Assembly: GCA_044440125.1 (NCBI GenBank)
Contig: JBITAJ010000017.1
Span: 102,173-166,172, forward strand
From: Sedimentisphaeraceae bacterium JB056
Lineage (GTDB): Bacteria > Planctomycetota > Phycisphaerae > Sedimentisphaerales > Sedimentisphaeraceae
Length of the DNA stretch: 64,000 bases
Direction: 5' to 3'
Shown here one piece after another: positions 1 through 10,169 of the stretch. Under the pieces are notes generated by a model, which saw only the letters and a list, made by a program, of their open reading frames with translations, did no database searches and was not told the DNA's origin. Position 1 is the first letter of the stretch; the number at the start of each line of letters is the position of its first letter. Both the position numbers and the translations under genes were made by a program.

Positions 1-2
1 GT

Positions 3-1565
3 GCTGGTATAGAAGATGTAATGGCTGACTTTGCGTCAATCGCTACCGATGGCGATAAGCTGTTTGCAGAGGACGGCCTTAATGCTACCTATTTTGGTGG
101 TCAATGGTACGGCACGCTTAAGGATAGCGGTTCTATTGAAGCAGGTTTGATGTACAAGTTGAAGACAGCTCAGGCTGGAACATTTACAGTACAGGGAGTA
201 CCTGTTGATCCTGAAACTACTATTGACTTGATTTCTGGCTGGAACTGGCTTGGTTACACACCTGCACAGGCTATGCCTCTTAATACCCTTATGAGTGGCC
301 TTAACGCAACTGATGGTGACTACATCGTTGCTCAGAATGGTAAGAATGCTACATATTGGGGCGGCCAGTGGTATGGTCAGCTTGCACAACTGGAGCCGGG
401 AATGGGTTATATGCTGAAGGTTGCGAATGCTCAGACCTTTACCTATAACACTATGGCTGTATCGTCTGCTGATTTTAATATAGCTATATCTATCGAAGCA
501 GTACCTGCAACATGGGTTAGTCCGGTTGGACTTCAAAATACAATGAAAATCAATGCTCAGGTAATGCAGGGCATGAATTATGTAGGCACTGCCGCCGGCA
601 GTAAGCTCTCAGCTTGGGATCCTGACGGAAATATAGCAGGTGTTGCTGATGTTGTTGTTGGTCCTGCTGGCAGTGAATTCATTTTGTCAGTATTTAGCAA
701 TGAAACAAATGTTTCTGATATGACATTGAGACTTTACGATGCTGATGCCGATATGGTCTATAATGTTATCGAGACATTTGATTTTGTTGATGGTGCTGAA
801 ATCGGGCTTATAGTAACACCAGAGATATATCATATTCCTGATGATTGGGAAAATCCTGTTGGACTTGAGTATACAATGGTCCTTTATGCACAGGTTGAGA
901 TGGATGATGTTCAGATCGCTACAGCGGCCGGCAGTCTTATGTCTGTCTGGGATCCTGAAGGAAATATAGCAGGTGTTGCTGAAGTTACGGCAGGTCCGAG
1001 CGGTCCACTTTTTGTCCTTTCGATCTTCAGTGATTTAGCAGAAGTTGACAACTTGAAACTGAAGCTTTATGACTCGGAGACAGGCCTTTATTATGATATT
1101 AACGGTACAATTGATTTTGTTGCAAATACAACGCTGGGTACACTAATCGATCCAATAATATTCACAGTTGGTGGACTTGATTGGTTCGAGGAAGATACTG
1201 GAGAACCAGCTACTACATGGATTATCGACGGAGAGAATTTTGAATCAGGTGCTGTTGATGCTATGACAGGCAGCGGTATCAGCTCTGCTCCAATAGATGT
1301 ATCAGGATATAGTACGGTTAGCTTTGATGTTCAAACAGATTGTGGTAATCAGTGTTTCCTTATCTTTGGTATAACTGATGCAGCTGGAACTTATCATATT
1401 GTTGACTACTGGAGCGGCTTGACACCTGTAACACCTGTTACAGTAGACTTGGCCCCTTATAAGGTTGCCGGTGATAATATCATATTCCGCTGGACTTACT
1501 CAAAGGGCCGCTATACAGCCGGTGCTGATAAAGTCTGGGTTTGGAATTTTGCTTTGAATAACTAA
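3..1565 (+). CDS. C-terminal part of a large repetitive secreted/surface protein (5' end outside window)
   Basis: Frame is open from position 3 (AGIEDV-MADF...). Two ATDGD..NATY.GGQWYG.L repeats, a GWNWLGY motif, then two ~111-aa W..PVGL..TM...AQV repeats; acidic, beta-rich. Confidence 0.7.
   Translation, partial: AGIEDVMADFASIATDGDKLFAEDGLNATYFGGQWYGTLKDSGSIEAGLMYKLKTAQAGTFTVQGVPVDPETTIDLISGWNWLGYTPAQAMPLNTLMSGLNATDGDYIVAQNGKNATYWGGQWYGQLAQLEPGMGYMLKVANAQTFTYNTMAVSSADFNIAISIEAVPATWVSPVGLQNTMKINAQVMQGMNYVGTAAGSKLSAWDPDGNIAGVADVVVGPAGSEFILSVFSNETNVSDMTLRLYDADADMVYNVIETFDFVDGAEIGLIVTPEIYHIPDDWENPVGLEYTMVLYAQVEMDDVQIATAAGSLMSVWDPEGNIAGVAEVTAGPSGPLFVLSIFSDLAEVDNLKLKLYDSETGLYYDINGTIDFVANTTLGTLIDPIIFTVGGLDWFEEDTGEPATTWIIDGENFESGAVDAMTGSGISSAPIDVSGYSTVSFDVQTDCGNQCFLIFGITDAAGTYHIVDYWSGLTPVTPVTVDLAPYKVAGDNIIFRWTYSKGRYTAGADKVWVWNFALNN
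615..982 (+). repeat. Intragenic direct repeat (35 nt, 1 mismatch, 333 nt apart)
   Basis: tgggatcctga(c/a)ggaaatatagcaggtgttgctga at 615-649 and 948-982. Confidence 0.9.
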
Positions 1566-1652
1566 TCAGGTTGGGAATAACGTAGTCGTAGAGTGTTGTC
1601 TGCGGCTACGGATAATTTTTGTCTATTATACTTTAAATTTAAGGACTTAAAA

Positions 1653-2570
1653 ATGAGAGGTAAAGTTTTATACAGTTTGTTAGTGGCTGCCGTTTGCTTC
1701 GGTTTTGTGGGAGGTGCAATTGCCGAAGATATGAACGCAAGTCTTGAGGCGTCATTTATGAGTAAATATATGTGGCATGGTTTTGAGATGTATGGTGACA
1801 AGACGGCCACGAGTCTTGATTTCAAGGTAGATCTTGGAGACAGTGGTCTCTATTTTGGTACTGAATACCTAACGCCTAATGGCAGCGGTATGATGGATGT
1901 GTCAGATTTTGATAACTACGTCTCTATTCCGGGTTCGATAACAGACAGAGCCAAGTATATATATTATGCAGGATATATGTTCAGTCTTTTCGAAATGGAA
2001 GAATTTGAGACAAATGTTGATTTGAGATATATGTATCATGATTATTACAAGATTTCAAGTGAAGTTCTTGATCAGCAGGAATTCTGCCTGTTAGCAGAAT
2101 GGAAGAACTTGATTCCTGGTGGATTCACTCCTTACTATCAAGCTACTTATCTGTCTGATGGTGACGGCGGAAGAAGTATATACTCTGCTCAGGTACCACC
2201 TAACCCATTCGATCCTCCTATTTACGGAGATGACCAGAATGCTAATATCAATGGCTGGCTGCACAAAGTTGGTTTAGCTCTTGATATGCCTCTTTATGTT
2301 CCAGAATTGGGAATGCAGAATCTAAGGCTTATGGTTGACACTGTTTATAATGATGGTGCCATAAGTGCCAAGGGTGCTGAGTTTGATGCCGGTTTCTCTA
2401 TGGGAGCAGGCTCAGAGTGGACACATATTACTTATGGTGCTGAGACAGATCTTGATCTTGGTTTTGGCAACATGGGTCTGGGTGTATATTACCAGCACGC
2501 ACTTGCTGATGACTACACTAACCTTAATAATACCTTCTATTCTACAGTTTCTTACAAAATGGAATTCTAA
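1653..2570 (+). CDS. Outer-membrane beta-barrel protein (putative porin)
   Basis: RBS aagga then ATG 1653; signal peptide MRGKVLYSLLVAAVCFGFVGGAIA; amphipathic strands; C-terminal ..VSYKMEF BAM-type signature. Confidence 0.7.
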   Translation: MRGKVLYSLLVAAVCFGFVGGAIAEDMNASLEASFMSKYMWHGFEMYGDKTATSLDFKVDLGDSGLYFGTEYLTPNGSGMMDVSDFDNYVSIPGSITDRAKYIYYAGYMFSLFEMEEFETNVDLRYMYHDYYKISSEVLDQQEFCLLAEWKNLIPGGFTPYYQATYLSDGDGGRSIYSAQVPPNPFDPPIYGDDQNANINGWLHKVGLALDMPLYVPELGMQNLRLMVDTVYNDGAISAKGAEFDAGFSMGAGSEWTHITYGAETDLDLGFGNMGLGVYYQHALADDYTNLNNTFYSTVSYKMEF

Positions 2571-2592
2571 TATTCAATTGACGTGAATTTGC

Positions 2593-2630
2593 AAGCCCCG
2601 TGTTTCTATAATGGAAACTCGGGGCTTTTT
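2593..2630 (+). terminator. Rho-independent terminator
   Basis: aagccccg-tgtttc...gaaac-tcggggc followed by ttttt, directly after the barrel gene. Confidence 0.75.
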
Positions 2631-2654
2631 ATATTAACAATAGATACAAGTGAT

Positions 2655-2918
2655 ATGGCAAATAACTATTCAAAATATCAGAAGAATGTAATTGATAATT
2701 ACTACAAGAACCTTGACACCATAATGCTGCAAAAACTCCAGGAACTTGTAACGGAACTATATCTTGTGGAGAGTGACAGTAAGTGGGAAAAGCTTTGGCA
2801 GCGTGTTGAAAAAGCTCTTTACAAACTTAAAATAAAAGAAGATCTTGTGAAAGATATAATGCATGAGAGAGATGTCAGGCAGCTTGCAGGTTATATAACT
2901 AAGTGGCTGAGTCGTTAA
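2655..2918 (+). CDS. Small helical hypothetical protein
   Basis: ATG 2655 after the terminator (MANNYSKYQKNVIDNYYKNLD...), ends 15 nt before murE. Confidence 0.65.
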   Translation: MANNYSKYQKNVIDNYYKNLDTIMLQKLQELVTELYLVESDSKWEKLWQRVEKALYKLKIKEDLVKDIMHERDVRQLAGYITKWLSR

Positions 2919-2933
2919 TAGTAAAAGGATATT

Positions 2934-4385
2934 ATGGAATTGCATTTTCTTATCGACAAGATAGATTCTGGCCAGAGCGGCGATGTTTGTATCGATTCAC
3001 GGCAGGTTAAGGATAGTGATATTTTTGTGGCTATAAAAGGGACTGTCTCTGATGGTCATGATTTCATACCGCAGGCGATTTCCAATGGAGCCAAAACTAT
3101 TGTTCATGACAGGTCTTATGAGCCGAATGGCATTTCCGATGTGGAATTCATAGCGGTTGATGATACTGCCCTGGCGGCAGGAATATTGTCGCAGGTAAGT
3201 TGCGGAAGACCATATTCAAAGCTTACAAGCCTTGCTGTTACAGGGACTAATGGCAAGACAACAACGAGTTCCATGGTCAAGTTTGTGATTGAAAATAGTG
3301 GCAAGAAGTGCGGACTTATAGGCACTATTGCCAATGATATCTGCGGTGAAGCCAAGGTTTTGGAAGCTAATATGACTACTCCTGATGCGATAACGCTCGC
3401 ATCGCTTATGCAGCAGATGGTTGAAAACGGTGCTCAATACATGTGTCTTGAAGCGAGCAGTCATGCGTTGGAGCAGAGAAGACTTGCATCTATAAGTTTC
3501 AAAGCCGCAGCTTTCACAAATCTTACTGGCGATCATCTCGATTATCATAAGACTATGGATAATTATCTTGCTGCCAAGTCTTTGTTATTTGAAGGATTGG
3601 GTAAAACGGATGTTGCCATACTCAATCTTGATGACAAATATTCGAGACGAATAGCTCAGAGATGTGATTGCGATGTACTCTGGTATTCAGTTAAAGACTC
3701 ATCCGCTGATATATACGCTGATATTGAAAGGCTTGATCAAGGCGGCAGTGTTTATCAGCTTTGCGTTGATGGCAGGCGTTTGGTTGTGAAAAGCTGTTTT
3801 TGCGGTTTGCACAATGTAAGTAATCAGCTTGCCGCTGCAGGTCTTTGTATTGCAGCCGGTTTTAATCTGGATACGATAGCAGAAGGTCTTTCCAATTTTA
3901 AAAATGTCCCGGGTCGATTGGAGCGAGTTGAATGCGGGCAGAAATTTACTGTTTTTGTTGATTATGCGCATACTGATGATGCCCTTGAAAACGTACTTTC
4001 CACTCTTAAACCTATTTGTGAAGGTAAACTGATAACTGTTTTTGGCTGTGGAGGTGATCGAGACAAGACCAAGAGACCAAGAATGGCACAGGCAGCAGAA
4101 AAGTACAGTGATATCGTTTGGGTAACCAGCGATAACCCACGAACGGAGGATCCCGAAAGTATAATTACTGATATCAAAGCAGGTTTTTCCAATAAAAATG
4201 ACTGTGTGATCAATATCGAACCCAACCGGAGCGTTGCAATAAGAAAAGCTGTTGAAATTGCCGGTTATGGGGATATAATGCTCATAGCTGGGAAGGGGCA
4301 TGAAAATTATCAGGTTATCGGAAATAAAAAGCATCATTTTGATGACCGTGAAGAGGTGGAAAAGTGCATCAGATCGCAGATATAG
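2934..4385 (+). CDS. murE: UDP-N-acetylmuramoyl-L-alanyl-D-glutamate--2,6-diaminopimelate ligase
   Basis: TGTNGKTTT P-loop, TTPD, EASSH, DHLDYH, VDYAHT, FGCGGDRD, DNPR (meso-DAP specificity), AGKGHE. Confidence 0.96.
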   Translation: MELHFLIDKIDSGQSGDVCIDSRQVKDSDIFVAIKGTVSDGHDFIPQAISNGAKTIVHDRSYEPNGISDVEFIAVDDTALAAGILSQVSCGRPYSKLTSLAVTGTNGKTTTSSMVKFVIENSGKKCGLIGTIANDICGEAKVLEANMTTPDAITLASLMQQMVENGAQYMCLEASSHALEQRRLASISFKAAAFTNLTGDHLDYHKTMDNYLAAKSLLFEGLGKTDVAILNLDDKYSRRIAQRCDCDVLWYSVKDSSADIYADIERLDQGGSVYQLCVDGRRLVVKSCFCGLHNVSNQLAAAGLCIAAGFNLDTIAEGLSNFKNVPGRLERVECGQKFTVFVDYAHTDDALENVLSTLKPICEGKLITVFGCGGDRDKTKRPRMAQAAEKYSDIVWVTSDNPRTEDPESIITDIKAGFSNKNDCVINIEPNRSVAIRKAVEIAGYGDIMLIAGKGHENYQVIGNKKHHFDDREEVEKCIRSQI

Positions 4386-4446
4386 CGGGTTGAGCTCAGT
4401 GTTTAATGTGAATAATAATGAATGAAAGGTTCTTTCAAGCATACTT

Positions 4447-5259
4447 ATGATTATTGATGATCAAACAGCAAGCAAATATATGTCAATTGCTATTGGAGCA
4501 GCCAGGATAGCTGGTGCGGAAGCGCTGTCTCAAATGGACAGCATTCAATGCCATATGAAAAATGGAGACGAGGTTGTTACCCAGGCTGATCCGATATGTC
4601 AAAATTTGATAATTGAGTACATCGCCCGTAAATATCCTGAACACGGCATTCTCGCCGAAGAGGGAGAGGATGGCAGACTTTTCAAAAAGAAACCCGATTG
4701 CGATGAAGATATATGGTGGATAATCGACCCAATTGACGGCACCAATAATTATTGTCATCGCGTATTGAATTTCTCGGTTTCAATCGGATTGTTCAAAGAC
4801 GGAATGCCTTTGCTTGGCGTGATTTATATACCTGCATCGGACACGATTTTTACCGGCATAGTCGGTAAGGGTTCTACCTGTAATAGTATGGAGATTTTTT
4901 GCGGTAAAGAGGGTGTTAACAACCGGGAGTCCATAGCTATCGACAGCTATTGGGATAACGGCATACCGGATAAGCTAATGCGTCTTATCGATGAGTCACG
5001 GCTTAGAAATTTTGGTTCAACGGCCATGCATCTTGCATATGTCTCAATGGGCGGATTTGTAGGAGTTGTAGTAAACCGTAATAAACTTTGGGATCTTGCG
5101 GCAGGGGCTGCGATATTGTATGCAGCCGGCGGTAAAATAACCACTCATCAGAATGAGGAGATTTTGCCGATAGATGTTGGAAGCTATGAAGGCGAGAAGC
5201 TCAGGTATCTGGCTGCCAATCCGGTTGCTCACAAAGAGCTGCTTGAGAGCCTCAATTAA
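4447..5259 (+). CDS. Inositol monophosphatase family protein (SuhB-like)
   Basis: ILAEE, WIIDPIDGTNNY and WDLAAG motifs. Confidence 0.92.
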   Translation: MIIDDQTASKYMSIAIGAARIAGAEALSQMDSIQCHMKNGDEVVTQADPICQNLIIEYIARKYPEHGILAEEGEDGRLFKKKPDCDEDIWWIIDPIDGTNNYCHRVLNFSVSIGLFKDGMPLLGVIYIPASDTIFTGIVGKGSTCNSMEIFCGKEGVNNRESIAIDSYWDNGIPDKLMRLIDESRLRNFGSTAMHLAYVSMGGFVGVVVNRNKLWDLAAGAAILYAAGGKITTHQNEEILPIDVGSYEGEKLRYLAANPVAHKELLESLN

Positions 5260-5409
5260 ATTATAATTAGTAGAAAAATAATAAGATCATTCCGATTCAT
5301 AGTTGATACAGACAATTTGGGTTCTGTTTTATTGAAACCTAACAGCTTAATCTGATACTTATTCAACTGCATGGTACTGGTATGTTCTTGATATACAGAA
5401 AGTTACGAA

Positions 5410-6483
5410 ATGAAAATAGAGCAGATGCCTAAGAGCATGCTTCAAAAGGTCCGAGATGGTATTGTAATACCGGCACATCCTCTGGCGCTTAACGATAACG
5501 AAAAACTTGATGAAAAATATCAACGTGCTTTGAGCCGTTACTACATTGACAGCGGGGCCGGCGGTCTGGCGGTAGGTGTACATACTACACAATTTGAAAT
5601 AAGAGAACCGCACATCGACCTTTTTGAGCCTGTCTTACGATTGTGTTCTGAGGAAATCGATTCTTATTGCAAAGAACGTGGGCGAAAAGATTTCTTTAAG
5701 GTTGCCGGTATTTGTGGTGATACCGCACAGGCCGTTGAAGAAGCTGAGTTTGCTTTTTATAACAATTATCACGCTGCATTGCTGAGTTTGTCGGCGTTCG
5801 CTGATGAGAGTTATGATAAAATGATAGAACATTGCAAGGAAGTTGCTTCTGTGATGCCTGTTATTGGCTTTTATCTGCAGCCGGCAGTTGGCGGAAGAGT
5901 TCTTTCTTATGAGTTCTGGAGAAGATTTGCAGAGATTGACAATGTGATCGCTATTAAGATGGCACCTTTTAACCGCTACCAGACATTGGATGTTGTAAGA
6001 GCTGTTTGTGATGCAGGTAAGGAAAAAGACATAACACTTTATACAGGCAATGATGATAATATTCTGATTGATTTGCTCACTACATTCAAGATAGATACAA
6101 ACGAAGGTGTTAAAGAGGTCCAGATAAAAGGCGGTTTGCTTGGTCATTGGGCAGTTTGGACTAAAAAGGCGGTTGAACTTCTTGAAAAAGCTAAGCAACT
6201 TCGCCAGTCTGATAATATAAGTATTGATACGCTTACTCTTGCCGCGGAAATAACAGATTCAAATGCCGCCTTCTTTGATGCGGCGAATAGTTTCAAGGGT
6301 TGTATTGCCGGTATACATGAGGTTCTTAGAAGACAAGGCTTAATGGGGAGCATCCGATGTCTTAACCCCGAAGAAAAACTCTCAGCCGGACAGAGCGAGC
6401 AGATAGATCGAGTTTACAAGGCGTATCCTCATTTGAATGATGATGAGTTTGTAAAAGAGAATCTTGAGAGGTGGTTGAGTTGA
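5410..6483 (+). CDS. Dihydrodipicolinate synthase/N-acetylneuraminate lyase-like aldolase (not DapA)
   Basis: GLAVGVHTTQF, GFYLQPAVGG, AIKMAPF (Schiff-base Lys), YTGNDD. Confidence 0.85.
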   Translation: MKIEQMPKSMLQKVRDGIVIPAHPLALNDNEKLDEKYQRALSRYYIDSGAGGLAVGVHTTQFEIREPHIDLFEPVLRLCSEEIDSYCKERGRKDFFKVAGICGDTAQAVEEAEFAFYNNYHAALLSLSAFADESYDKMIEHCKEVASVMPVIGFYLQPAVGGRVLSYEFWRRFAEIDNVIAIKMAPFNRYQTLDVVRAVCDAGKEKDITLYTGNDDNILIDLLTTFKIDTNEGVKEVQIKGGLLGHWAVWTKKAVELLEKAKQLRQSDNISIDTLTLAAEITDSNAAFFDAANSFKGCIAGIHEVLRRQGLMGSIRCLNPEEKLSAGQSEQIDRVYKAYPHLNDDEFVKENLERWLS

Positions 6484-7607
6484 CAGACGGCTTTGCGATA
6501 AATGTTCTCAAAGAGCTTGTTGCAATTGATTCGACGGTAAATACCGGTGAGTATGAATGTGCATCAAAGGTCAAAGATATTTTCAGTTCTTTTGGCGTCA
6601 ATGCCGAGGTTGACGCTTGGGATGGCAGAAGAGCCAATGTTGAAGCCATAATAAAAGGAAAGGACTCTAAGGGTGGACTTATGTTTGCCTCTCATCTGGA
6701 TGTTGTAGAGGCTGACGCTGAGTCCTGGCAAAGTGAACCGTTCAAGCCTGTGATCAGAGATAACAGACTATTTGGTCGCGGAACCGTTGATATGAAGGGC
6801 GGGATGGCAGCAGTCATCACGGCAATGAAAGAGCTTGTCGAAGAGGGCATAGAGTTTAAACATGATGTGATATTTGCCGCTACGGCAGGGGAAGAGCTTG
6901 ACAGCGTGGGGGCTTTCAGGTATTTGGAGAAGAGAGAGTCTCTGAAAGGAAATCTCACAGGAATTATTGTTCCTGAACCTACATCGATGGGACTCAAAAT
7001 TGCTCACAAGGGTATTTTGTGGCTCGAAATAACTTTCAAAGGTAAACCGGCTCACGGTTCAATGCCTCATCTTGGCGTAAATGCTATAGAGAATGCTTTC
7101 AAGCTTCATGCAGAGATGAAAAAGCTCGGGCTTGAGACTATAAGCGACAAAACTCTTGGCAGTTGCAGTATGAGCTGTAATAAGATGAATGCGGGTGTAG
7201 CTGCTAATATCGTGCCTGATGAGTGTAAAGTTTGTTATGATATTCGGCTTATCCACGGCGTAAACAAGGAAGATGTTATTGACAAGGTCAAGGCTCTGAT
7301 CGATAAGTTTTCGGCTGCAGATAAGACATTCAATGCTTCAATAAGCATTGCGAGGTATTGTCCGGCACTCTATACTGATCCGGAAAATGATTTCGTTAGG
7401 AAGGTCGCAGGGATTTCAAACAGTGACATCGGTGTTGTAAGCTTTACAACCGATTCCCCATATTTCGCATCCCTCCAAGCCCCGGTGGTTGTTATCGGAC
7501 CGGGCGATTCAGGGATGTGTCATCAAGTCGATGAAAGCCTTGAGATTGAGGAACTCGAAAAGACAAAGAAACTGTATAGAGATATAATAACTCAAGTATG
7601 CTGTTGA
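6471..7607 (+). CDS. M20 family metallopeptidase (ArgE/DapE-like deacylase)
   Basis: SHLDVV, GRGTVDMKGG, GEE, EPT, AHGS and HQVDE metal motifs. Confidence 0.9.
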   Translation: MVELTDGFAINVLKELVAIDSTVNTGEYECASKVKDIFSSFGVNAEVDAWDGRRANVEAIIKGKDSKGGLMFASHLDVVEADAESWQSEPFKPVIRDNRLFGRGTVDMKGGMAAVITAMKELVEEGIEFKHDVIFAATAGEELDSVGAFRYLEKRESLKGNLTGIIVPEPTSMGLKIAHKGILWLEITFKGKPAHGSMPHLGVNAIENAFKLHAEMKKLGLETISDKTLGSCSMSCNKMNAGVAANIVPDECKVCYDIRLIHGVNKEDVIDKVKALIDKFSAADKTFNASISIARYCPALYTDPENDFVRKVAGISNSDIGVVSFTTDSPYFASLQAPVVVIGPGDSGMCHQVDESLEIEELEKTKKLYRDIITQVCC

Positions 7608-7609
7608 GT

Positions 7610-8389
7610 TTATTGTGACAGCAGGGGGATTCTTTCTTTTCCAAGGTCGTGGAGTTCGTCTGATATATGTTTCGTGTCCCATCCAAAATGTGATCTGACG
7701 ATGAACAATATCTGATACATAAAGCTTACGCAATAGCCGCTTAATTCCGTCAGGCTTTCGGATGTATCAAAGTTGATATTGATCTGGTGCCCGTCTTTAT
7801 CAATCGTTGATGCCAGAGTGCCAAGGTCTATGTGTACGGCATCGTTGAACTGAAGGTATCCTCTTGTGTATATAGAGCCTCTCCATGTTTTGGAGAGTTT
7901 GTAGAAAATTTCAATTGTACGCGGCATTTGGGTGCCCGGGATTTTTTTTATTCTGCGTTTTGTGTCGGATATTGCGTCTTCAAGCTGCTGCCTTTTTTCC
8001 TCGGAAACTATATACCTGAATTCCTCCATGATATTAAGCTTTTTGTAGAGGCTGTTTTTTTCCCATTGGAGTATTTTCTTCTCAAGTGCATTTTTCTTGT
8101 CTTTGCCCCTGTTCTTGGGTGTTATCATGCACCATGCCAGTTTACTGCTTAATTCACATAATACTCTCAATAATGCCTTTACCGGCATATGATGATTTAA
8201 TCGGAGTAGATCTATGATTGCTTTTGAATAGTTGCTGCTTATAGCCATTGCGGTGACGCACAGCATGTCAGAGGCGCCTTCAGGGTGAACATGATCTTCT
8301 ATTAATGAGATTGTATCGTGAAACCATCTTTTAATGAAATCCGCATCTCGTTCCACCAGCTCCAGAGAGCTCAATTGCCGGTCTACCAT
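7610..8389 (-). CDS. Hypothetical protein, DUF5677-like helical protein
   Basis: 259-aa ORF with LLRVLCE...Y...Y..FND.VH pattern resembling DUF5677. Confidence 0.5.
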   Translation of the reverse strand: MVDRQLSSLELVERDADFIKRWFHDTISLIEDHVHPEGASDMLCVTAMAISSNYSKAIIDLLRLNHHMPVKALLRVLCELSSKLAWCMITPKNRGKDKKNALEKKILQWEKNSLYKKLNIMEEFRYIVSEEKRQQLEDAISDTKRRIKKIPGTQMPRTIEIFYKLSKTWRGSIYTRGYLQFNDAVHIDLGTLASTIDKDGHQININFDTSESLTELSGYCVSFMYQILFIVRSHFGWDTKHISDELHDLGKERIPLLSQ

Positions 8390-8501
8390 GTTTGCCTTTC
8401 GAATCTGTATTCAAGGTGCAAGCAATCAGTAATTAGTGGCTTTGCCAAATTCAATTGCTAATCGCTTATCGCTAATCACTATGTATATCATTATAGCGAA
8501 T

Positions 8502-9902
8502 TTAGTCGATTTGGTAAACCTTAAAGTTGCGATAGGCGGCCTTTGTCCACTTCATTTGTCTGAAACCTATCTTGCCGCTGCCGTGAACATCACCCAGACT
8601 GCCGTCTTCAAGAAAATCAATTATGAGTCTTCCGTCAACAGCCATCTGTATATGAGGGCCGTTTTTTATAAGCGTTATCTTGTGAATATCCTTGGAGCCT
8701 GCCGGTACACCTATAGGGCCGTTGGATGCTAATGCAAATCCAGAATTTTTGCGTATATGCGAGGTTGGACGTCCCTCTGCCTGATAAGAAATATGATAAT
8801 TATTTATGTCGCCTTTTATATAGTCTATAAAATGCCCATCACGTTTTTTCAGAGCCGGTGAGAAGATATCGCTACCGTCAACTCCTTTGGCGCAAAAAAA
8901 TGATATACAAAGCCCTGATTCATTACGCATCTGGAAATCCCATTCGGCAACGAAATTCTCCGGCATATCTTTGTCACACCAGTTGACAATATGCCCATCA
9001 ATAGGAGAGCCTTTATCGGCCATCTCCGAAGCCATTATCATCCAGCCATCTTTAAATTCAATATCAATCGGACCTTCCAGCTTCCAATCTGATATATCGG
9101 CTTCATTATCAAGAGGGTTTTCATAAACAAGTTCGCCTTTGAGCGAATCAATGTATTCTTCTGTTATATTGCCTAAAGAGACAGCGCCTAAATATTTATC
9201 CATGATAGCTTTATGCTTTGGATAAACCAGAGGTGCAATCTGTTCTGCAGTGAGATACCGGTTATATATGTTGATTTCAGCGATTGGCATACGCCCGGCC
9301 ATTATCAACAGGTCATCAAAACTGCCTTTTATTTTCCATGTCGAAACATCAGATATGGTCTTTATAGGAGTTCCATTTAAGTATGCATTTGACAATCCTT
9401 TTTTGCTATCCCATGTGAAGGCGATATGTATCCAGCTTTCGGCAGGAATTTCAGGAAGTAAAGCTACTATATTTGCAGCTTCTTTTATGGATTTATCCCA
9501 GTTCATGTATATAGCAGGGCAATTATTGTCGTCCTGTTTACTGTGAAATCCGAGTTTAACCAGACCTTTAATTGTCATGAATTCCTGATCGAAACTGCCG
9601 GGTTCAAATGTGCTTCGGAAAAGCTGGTCTGTTTTAAACCACATAGCAATGGTTCCGGCGGATTTGAGCGGCTCATAAAGCTGAGCTTCTACCAATGGAG
9701 TGTTTTGCTTTGAGGCTGCTGCATTAACAGTGTCGGCAGGTCCTTGAGTTATATCAAATTTGCCGGCATATGATTCAGAATCGGTTATTGATATTTTTGC
9801 TATTGGTTTGATTTCATTGGAGATGTTTAATACGTTTTCCTGACTGCATCCTGATATTATAAAGGTTGCAGCGATGAGTAATGATGCTAATGATCTGTAC
9901 AT
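8502..9902 (-). CDS. Lipoprotein with LamG-like and DUF1961 (YesU-like) domains
   Basis: Lipobox IISGC; WIHIAFTW...AYLNG LamG-like strands; C-terminal GHIVNW, NYHISY, GKIGFRQM. Confidence 0.75.
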   Translation of the reverse strand: MYRSLASLLIAATFIISGCSQENVLNISNEIKPIAKISITDSESYAGKFDITQGPADTVNAAASKQNTPLVEAQLYEPLKSAGTIAMWFKTDQLFRSTFEPGSFDQEFMTIKGLVKLGFHSKQDDNNCPAIYMNWDKSIKEAANIVALLPEIPAESWIHIAFTWDSKKGLSNAYLNGTPIKTISDVSTWKIKGSFDDLLIMAGRMPIAEINIYNRYLTAEQIAPLVYPKHKAIMDKYLGAVSLGNITEEYIDSLKGELVYENPLDNEADISDWKLEGPIDIEFKDGWMIMASEMADKGSPIDGHIVNWCDKDMPENFVAEWDFQMRNESGLCISFFCAKGVDGSDIFSPALKKRDGHFIDYIKGDINNYHISYQAEGRPTSHIRKNSGFALASNGPIGVPAGSKDIHKITLIKNGPHIQMAVDGRLIIDFLEDGSLGDVHGSGKIGFRQMKWTKAAYRNFKVYQID

Positions 9903-10114
9903 TATATCTCCTTGAATTCAATAATCATGTTTTAGGACTACACACTTTCCTTTTGAATGGGAATGTGCATAAAACTCTAAAACTAATCTTACAAAAAATA
10001 ACTGTCATTTGAAGCTTTTTTTATACTTCAATTATAGCAAAAAGAACTGAATTGAAGAAACCTGATTGAAGTAAACATAAACGATATTAATTACTAAATC
10101 ATTATTATAAAGAA

Positions 10115-10148
10115 AAAACCGCCGTTATGTATTCATAGCGGCGGTTTT
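10115..10148 (-). terminator. Rho-independent terminator
   Basis: aaaaccgccgttatg-tatt-catagcggcggtttt hairpin with A/T tracts on both sides, downstream of the thioredoxin-fold gene. Confidence 0.8.
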
Positions 10149-10169
10149 AGATTCTAAATTTAATTTACT

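Noticed and set aside
5410..7607. DHDPS-like plus DapE-like genes near murE read as a diaminopimelate biosynthesis operon
   Set aside because: The aldolase has GVHTTQF instead of the DapA GTTGE motif and is 357 aa; the M20 enzyme cannot be assigned to DapE rather than ArgE from motifs
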